Made by a program: the position numbers and the translations under genes. From sequence record SRR22947727_139: a DNA stretch of 63,574 bases, one strand, 5' to 3'. Positions 58,794 through 63,574 of this stretch are shown piece after piece (position 1 is the first letter of the stretch; every line of letters starts with the position of its first letter). The notes beneath the pieces were generated by a model, which was not told the DNA's origin, ran no database searches, and saw only the letters and a list, made by a program, of their open reading frames with translations.

Positions 58794-59111
58794 TTAAATC
58801 TCTTTTCCTGATTTTTTATTTATTCTCATTTTTTTACCATCTTTATTAAATGTATAACCTACCCTTATTCCTTTTTTAGAGGATGGATCATAAAAAGCTA
58901 CATTTGAAACATGAAGAGGCATATCTTTTTCAATGATACCTCCAGGTTCATTATTATTAGGTTTTTGATGTTTTTTATATTTATTAACATCTGTGACTAT
59001 TATTTTTCTTATATCAGGCATTACACTCACAATTTTACCTATTTTTCCTCTATCTTTACCAGTCAAAACTATTACCTCATCACCTTTTTTAAGTTTTATT
59101 TTATTTTTCAT
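58794..59111 (-). CDS. rplX: 50S ribosomal protein L24
   Basis: KKGDEV..GKDRGK, PLHVSNV. Confidence 0.97.
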   Translation of the reverse strand: MKNKIKLKKGDEVIVLTGKDRGKIGKIVSVMPDIRKIIVTDVNKYKKHQKPNNNEPGGIIEKDMPLHVSNVAFYDPSSKKGIRVGYTFNKDGKKMRINKKSGKEI

Positions 59112-59479
59112 TAGAGTACCTCTGGTGCTAGACTAATTATTTTCATAAATTTTTTTGTTCTCAATTCCCTGGTAACAGGGCCAAAAATTCTTGTTGCTAC
59201 AGGCTCTTCTTGCTTGTCTAATAAAACTGCAGCATTCTTATCGAATCTAATTGTTGAGCCATCATTTCTAGTAAATTCCTTTGATGTTCTTACAATTACT
59301 GCCTTAAAGACTTCACCTTTTTTTACCTTAGCTCTAGGAATAGCGTCTTTTATTGAAACAACAATAATATCTCCAATTGAAGCAAACCTTCTTTTAGAAC
59401 CACCAAGAACTTTAATACACTGGATTCTTTTTGCCCCAGAATTATCTGCAACAAATAAATTAGATTGCATTTGTATCAT
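59111..59479 (-). CDS. rplN: 50S ribosomal protein L14
   Basis: ADNSGAK, TRIFGPV.RELR, SLAPEVL. Confidence 0.98.
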   Translation of the reverse strand: MIQMQSNLFVADNSGAKRIQCIKVLGGSKRRFASIGDIIVVSIKDAIPRAKVKKGEVFKAVIVRTSKEFTRNDGSTIRFDKNAAVLLDKQEEPVATRIFGPVTRELRTKKFMKIISLAPEVL

Positions 59480-59482
59480 TTT

Positions 59483-59728
59483 TTAAATTTTCTCCTGTGT
59501 ATCATTAAAAACCGTCCATGACTTTAGTTTTGAGATAGGTTTAGATTCAATAATTTTAACAATATCGCCAACTTTAAAAGAGTTATTCTCATCATGAGCA
59601 TGATATTTCTTTGATTGGCTGATAATTTTTTTATACAATTTGTGTTGCACACGTCTTGTAACCTTTACAACTATTGTTTTATTTGTGTTTGAAGAAACTA
59701 CTGTTCCTGTTAATATTCTTTTAGGCAT
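59483..59728 (-). CDS. rpsQ: 30S ribosomal protein S17; start 59728
   Basis: [21 protein letters not shown]. Confidence 0.97.
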   Translation of the reverse strand: MPKRILTGTVVSSNTNKTIVVKVTRRVQHKLYKKIISQSKKYHAHDENNSFKVGDIVKIIESKPISKLKSWTVFNDTQEKI

Positions 59729-59912
59729 TATTTTCTCCATTTATTTTTACGATCTGAGTTTTTAATCTTGATATTTTATGTCTTACGTTTTTAATTTCAG
59801 AAGTTTTTTCAAGTTGACCAGTTGATTTTTGAAATTTAAGATTCATCAATGATTTTTTCAATATCACTATTTCAGATTTTATTTCTTTAAGTTTTTTAAG
59901 TTTATCAACCAT
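59721..59912 (-). CDS. rpmC: 50S ribosomal protein L29
   Basis: LMNLKFQ..GQL, ISRLKT; position between rplP and rpsQ. Confidence 0.93.
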   Translation of the reverse strand: MVDKLKKLKEIKSEIVILKKSLMNLKFQKSTGQLEKTSEIKNVRHKISRLKTQIVKINGENNA

Positions 59913-60328
59913 TATATATTTCTCTCAACAAATTTACATTTGATTGGTAATTTTGCGGCAGCTAATGTCATTGCTCTTTTAGCATCATCAATGTTCACGC
60001 CATCAACTTCAAACATAATTCTACCTGGCTTAATTCTACAAGCCCAATATTCATTAGCGCCCTTACCTTTACCCATCCTAACTTCAGCTGGTTTTTTTGA
60101 GACTGGAACATCGGGAAATATTCTAATCCACATTTTGCCTGCTCTTTTTAAATGTCTAGTTATCGCTTTTCTTGCAGCTTCAATCTGTCTGGATGTTACT
60201 CTTTCTGGTTCCATAGCTTTCAAACCATAACTTCCATAGTTAAGAGTAAAATTGCCTTTTGCACTTCCATGAATTCTACCTTTAAACTGTTTTCTAAATT
60301 TTGTTTTTTTAGGAGATAGCATATTCAT
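59912..60328 (-). CDS. rplP: 50S ribosomal protein L16
   Basis: [22 protein letters not shown]. Confidence 0.98.
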   Translation of the reverse strand: MNMLSPKKTKFRKQFKGRIHGSAKGNFTLNYGSYGLKAMEPERVTSRQIEAARKAITRHLKRAGKMWIRIFPDVPVSKKPAEVRMGKGKGANEYWACRIKPGRIMFEVDGVNIDDAKRAMTLAAAKLPIKCKFVERNI

Positions 60329-61005
60329 TATCTAACACTCCCTTGCTCAACTTGTTTTTTTTCACTGGCATAGGGGTCTTTTTTTAAAATTATTCCCTTA
60401 TTAATCCAAACCTTAATTCCAACAATTCCGTATGTAGTTTCAGCTTCAGCTGTTGCATAGTCAATATCGCTTCTTAAAGTGTGAAGTGGTACACTGCCTT
60501 CATTATACTTTTCGTTTCTTGCTATTTCTGCACCACCTAACCTGCCGCTACACAAAATTTTTACACCTTTAGCTCCAAGCCTCATAGATGATTGAACACT
60601 TTTTTTCATTGCTCTTCTAAAAGAGACTCTTTTTTCCAACTGAGTTGCAATGTTTTCAGCTACCAATTTCGCTTCAACCTCAGGCCTTCTAATCTCTTTA
60701 ATATCTAAAAATACCTCTAAATTAGATAGCTTTGTTAGTTTGTTTTTAAGATCTTCAATATCCGCACCTTTTTTTCCAATTATAATTCCAGGTCTTGAGC
60801 TATAAATTGAAATTCTTAATTTTTTTGCAGCTCTTTCAATATTAATTTTTGCAATACTTGCATTTTTTAATTTTTTTTCAACATAGCTCTTAATTTCCAA
60901 ATCTTGATGCAAAAACTTAGCATAATTAGATTTAGAAAACCATCTAGAAGACCAAGTTCTATTTACGCCTAATCTGAAACCATTTGGATTAACTTTTTGA
61001 CCCAT
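60328..61005 (-). CDS. rpsC: 30S ribosomal protein S3
   Basis: [29 protein letters not shown]. Confidence 0.98.
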   Translation of the reverse strand: MGQKVNPNGFRLGVNRTWSSRWFSKSNYAKFLHQDLEIKSYVEKKLKNASIAKINIERAAKKLRISIYSSRPGIIIGKKGADIEDLKNKLTKLSNLEVFLDIKEIRRPEVEAKLVAENIATQLEKRVSFRRAMKKSVQSSMRLGAKGVKILCSGRLGGAEIARNEKYNEGSVPLHTLRSDIDYATAEAETTYGIVGIKVWINKGIILKKDPYASEKKQVEQGSVR

Positions 61006-61376
61006 TATTTATCCTTGCCCTTTTGAATTTTTACTCTTTCTTCTAAAATTATCGTAAGCTTACTAAATGGCTTCACAATACTAGATGCTCTACCTTTGGC
61101 TCTAGGCCTAAACCTCTTCATTGAAAGGCTTTTCCCAACAAATGCCTCCTTTATATAGAGGTTATCAATATCTAATTGTTTATTATTTTCTGCATTTGCG
61201 ATAGCAGCATTAAGAACTTTCAAAACGTTATTTGCTACTCTCTTATTAGAAAATTTTAATTGATTAACTGCGTTATCTGCTTTCTTATTAACAATTGACC
61301 TTGCAATATTTGCGAGTTTAAGAGGGCTAGTTCTTATGGTATTGTCCTTGGCTTTTGCTAATAGATCTTGGGTCAT
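61005..61376 (-). CDS. rplV: 50S ribosomal protein L22
   Basis: [19 protein letters not shown]. Confidence 0.97.
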   Translation of the reverse strand: MTQDLLAKAKDNTIRTSPLKLANIARSIVNKKADNAVNQLKFSNKRVANNVLKVLNAAIANAENNKQLDIDNLYIKEAFVGKSLSMKRFRPRAKGRASSIVKPFSKLTIILEERVKIQKGKDK

Positions 61377-61651
61377 TTTCCTGCCTTTTTATCTGATGCA
61401 GTATGACCTTTGAAAGTTCTAGTTGGAGAAAATTCACCAAGTTTATGTCCAACCATATGTTCTGTTACGCTAACTGGTACAAACTTTTGACCATTATAAA
61501 CTCCAAAGGTTAAACCAACAAATTGCGGTAATATAGTTGATCTTCTAGACCAAGTCTTGATAACTTCTTTTCTACCAGAATCTGATACTTTCCTTGCTTT
61601 TTTTATCAATGATAATTCAACAAAAGGCCCTTTCCACACAGATCTTGTCAT
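61373..61651 (-). CDS. rpsS: 30S ribosomal protein S19
   Basis: [27 protein letters not shown]. Confidence 0.98.
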   Translation of the reverse strand: MTRSVWKGPFVELSLIKKARKVSDSGRKEVIKTWSRRSTILPQFVGLTFGVYNGQKFVPVSVTEHMVGHKLGEFSPTRTFKGHTASDKKAGK

Positions 61652-62472
61652 TATTTTTTCCTTCTTTTAATTATAAAAACGTTAGTTTTTTTATTTTTTC
61701 TTGTTTTTTTTCCTTTGGTAGATACGCCCCAAGGAGTAACTGGATGTCTTCCACCTGAGGTTCTGCCTTCACCACCACCATGTGGATGATCAACTGGATT
61801 CATAACAACACCTCTTACTTTAGGTCTTTTGCCTAAATACCTATTTCTTCCAGCTTTACCGAGTTTAATGTTTTTATTATCGGAATTAGATAAAACACCA
61901 ACTGTTGCTAATGAATTTTTATTAATTAATCTTATTTCACCAGATACTAATTTAATCTGAACACTTGTATCTTCTTTTGAAATTATTTGAGCTGACGTTC
62001 CAGCGGATCTAACAAGTTGTCCACCTGCACCAGGCTTCATTTCAATGTTATGAACACTTGAGCCAACAGGGATATTTTTTAAAGGCAGGGTATTCCCATC
62101 TTTAATCTCAACATTTTCTCCAGAAGTAACATTATCTCCAACTTTTAAATTTCTTGGCGATAAAATATATCTAAATTCGCCATCATCATATTTAATAAGT
62201 GAGATAAAAGCAGATCTATTAGGATCATATTCATTTCTTATTACTTCGGCATTAATATCAAACTTGTTTCTTTTAAAATCTATTTCTCTATATTTTCTTT
62301 TTACTCCGCCACCCTTTCTTCTTGAGGTAATCCTGCCTTGATTATTTCTACCTCCTGAGGATGTCATTGGCTTTGTAAGCGATTTAAAAGGAGCTTCTTT
62401 GGATAAGTGTTTTTTTGAAACTAATACGGTGCCTCTTTGTCCTGGAGTATTAGGTTTAAGTTTAATTAACAT
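61651..62472 (-). CDS. rplB: 50S ribosomal protein L2
   Basis: [27 protein letters not shown]. Confidence 0.98.
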   Translation of the reverse strand: MLIKLKPNTPGQRGTVLVSKKHLSKEAPFKSLTKPMTSSGGRNNQGRITSRRKGGGVKRKYREIDFKRNKFDINAEVIRNEYDPNRSAFISLIKYDDGEFRYILSPRNLKVGDNVTSGENVEIKDGNTLPLKNIPVGSSVHNIEMKPGAGGQLVRSAGTSAQIISKEDTSVQIKLVSGEIRLINKNSLATVGVLSNSDNKNIKLGKAGRNRYLGKRPKVRGVVMNPVDHPHGGGEGRTSGGRHPVTPWGVSTKGKKTRKNKKTNVFIIKRRKK

Positions 62473-62786
62473 TATTTTATCTCCAATGAAGAATCTATTG
62501 TGTTACCTTCAGAAAGCGTAACAATAGCCTTTTTTTGATCTTTTTTATATCCAAGTGTTCCTTTAAAAGACTTTAACTTTCCTCTATTAATTAAAGTGTT
62601 AACTTTAATCACCTTAACCTTAAAAATATTCTCAATTGCTTGTTTTATCTCTTGAGAATTAGAACTTTTAGTGACGAAAAAACTATATTTATTATATTGA
62701 TTTAAAGTAGTTGATTTTTCTGTCATAATTGGGCTTTTAATAATACTAAGAGCTCTTTCACTTGATGTAATTTTTACATTTTTCAT
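62472..62786 (-). CDS. rplW: 50S ribosomal protein L23
   Basis: PIMTEKS, EIKQAIE..F.VKV.KVNT, KKAIVTL. Confidence 0.97.
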   Translation of the reverse strand: MKNVKITSSERALSIIKSPIMTEKSTTLNQYNKYSFFVTKSSNSQEIKQAIENIFKVKVIKVNTLINRGKLKSFKGTLGYKKDQKKAIVTLSEGNTIDSSLEIK

Positions 62787-63406
62787 GACAGCCTCTCAGA
62801 TATTTTATTGATTGATTTTTCTTCTATAAATATTTTATCATATGAAATTATATCTTTTACGTTAATTCCTTTATGTGAGAGAGATGACACTCTTGGTAAG
62901 TTTGATGAAGCCATTTTAAAGTTAGTATCCTCCAAATCATCCCCAAAAACAAAAAGAGCTGACTTAAAATCAAATTTAGATAATTTAATTTTAAGGTTTT
63001 TTGTTTTGTGATTTTCAATTACAAATGAATCAATAAAAATTATATTATTTTCAGACATTTTTGAAGAGAGTGCAGATTTCAATGCAAGAACTTTTTCTTT
63101 TTTATTAAGCGATATGGAGTGATCTCTATTTACTGGCCCCATTGAAGTAGCGCCACCTCTAAAATGAGGAGGTTTACTACTGCCCTGTCTTGCGTTACCA
63201 GTGCCTTTTTGAGCAAAAGGTTTCTTTGCTCTTCCATTTACTTCAGATCTTGTTTTAGTTTTATGAGATCCTTGTCGTGATTTTGCATTTTGATATCTTA
63301 TATATTGGTGAATAATATCAGGAAAAACTTTGATACCCCAAACACTATCGGTGATATCAATATCTTTGATTTTTTTATTTTCCAAATTTAAAATATCTTT
63401 TTTCAT
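62783..63406 (-). CDS. rplD: 50S ribosomal protein L4
   Basis: KTRSEV.G, QKGTGNARQG, RGG. Confidence 0.97.
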   Translation of the reverse strand: MKKDILNLENKKIKDIDITDSVWGIKVFPDIIHQYIRYQNAKSRQGSHKTKTRSEVNGRAKKPFAQKGTGNARQGSSKPPHFRGGATSMGPVNRDHSISLNKKEKVLALKSALSSKMSENNIIFIDSFVIENHKTKNLKIKLSKFDFKSALFVFGDDLEDTNFKMASSNLPRVSSLSHKGINVKDIISYDKIFIEEKSINKISERLS

Positions 63407-63408
63407 AA

Positions 63409-63573
63409 TTAATTTTTCTTAATAGAATCCTTTATAATAATAGTAGAATTTTTTTTGCCAGGAACTGAGCCTTTGATTATAAGTAAGTTATTTTCTGTAT
63501 CTACATCAACGACCTTAAGGTTTTGAATAGTTACTTTTGTTGCACCCATATGACCTGCCATTTTTTTTCCTTT
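63409..63573 (-). CDS. rplC: 50S ribosomal protein L3, C-terminal part (cut by window edge; not in ORF track)
   Basis: Manual translation [22 protein letters not shown]...[11 protein letters not shown]...KKN*. Confidence 0.95.
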   Translation of the reverse strand, partial: KGKKMAGHMGATKVTIQNLKVVDVDTENNLLIIKGSVPGKKNSTIIIKDSIKKN

Positions 63574-63574
63574 A

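Noticed and set aside
1056-63011. About 35 short alternative-frame or antisense ORFs in the track (e.g. 38394-38891, 44627-44938, 26143-26421)
   Set aside because: They lie within or across well-supported genes and show no recognisable motifs; treated as shadow ORFs.
1-63574. CRISPR arrays, IS elements, prophage, riboswitches, frameshifted pseudogenes
   Set aside because: No periodic repeats, transposases or phage genes seen; spacers are under about 150 bp with no aptamer recognised by eye (an Rfam scan would be decisive); all main ORFs look full length.

Overview
AT-rich, very gene-dense DNA from a streamlined alphaproteobacterium. A SAR11/Pelagibacterales-like origin is inferred from the tiny spacers, shortened ribosomal proteins, missing rpmD in the spc cluster and alphaproteobacterial-type gshA; no database search was run. 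The left ~46 kb is a catabolic region for small dissolved organics: a betaine-type ABC importer, an inositol/sugar-acid oxidation block, aldehyde/alcohol dehydrogenases, a polyamine/GABA-type ABC importer, an uncharacterised dipeptidase-like/hypothetical/DUF3726 trio, heterotetrameric sarcosine oxidase, and a strongly remodelled ectoine-type (ehu/eut/doe) cluster. The right ~17 kb is housekeeping: bioY, gshAB, tRNA-Leu(GAG), lipB, an RluC-like synthase, crcB and the S10-spc-alpha ribosomal cluster. The best candidate for an undescribed system is the ectoine-like cluster (29.4-45.5 kb plus doeA at 22 kb). Within the window it lacks the canonical EutE/DoeB deacetylase, DoeD/Atf aminotransferase and EnuR. 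It instead carries an amidinotransferase coupled to eutA, a cytoplasmic BisC-type molybdoenzyme, a second apparently metal-free M24 hydrolase, an M20 amidohydrolase, an orphan fold-II PLP enzyme and a Ser/Cys proline-racemase-family protein. No mobile elements or CRISPR arrays were seen. Product calls come from motif recognition by eye, and several starts were corrected relative to the ORF track.
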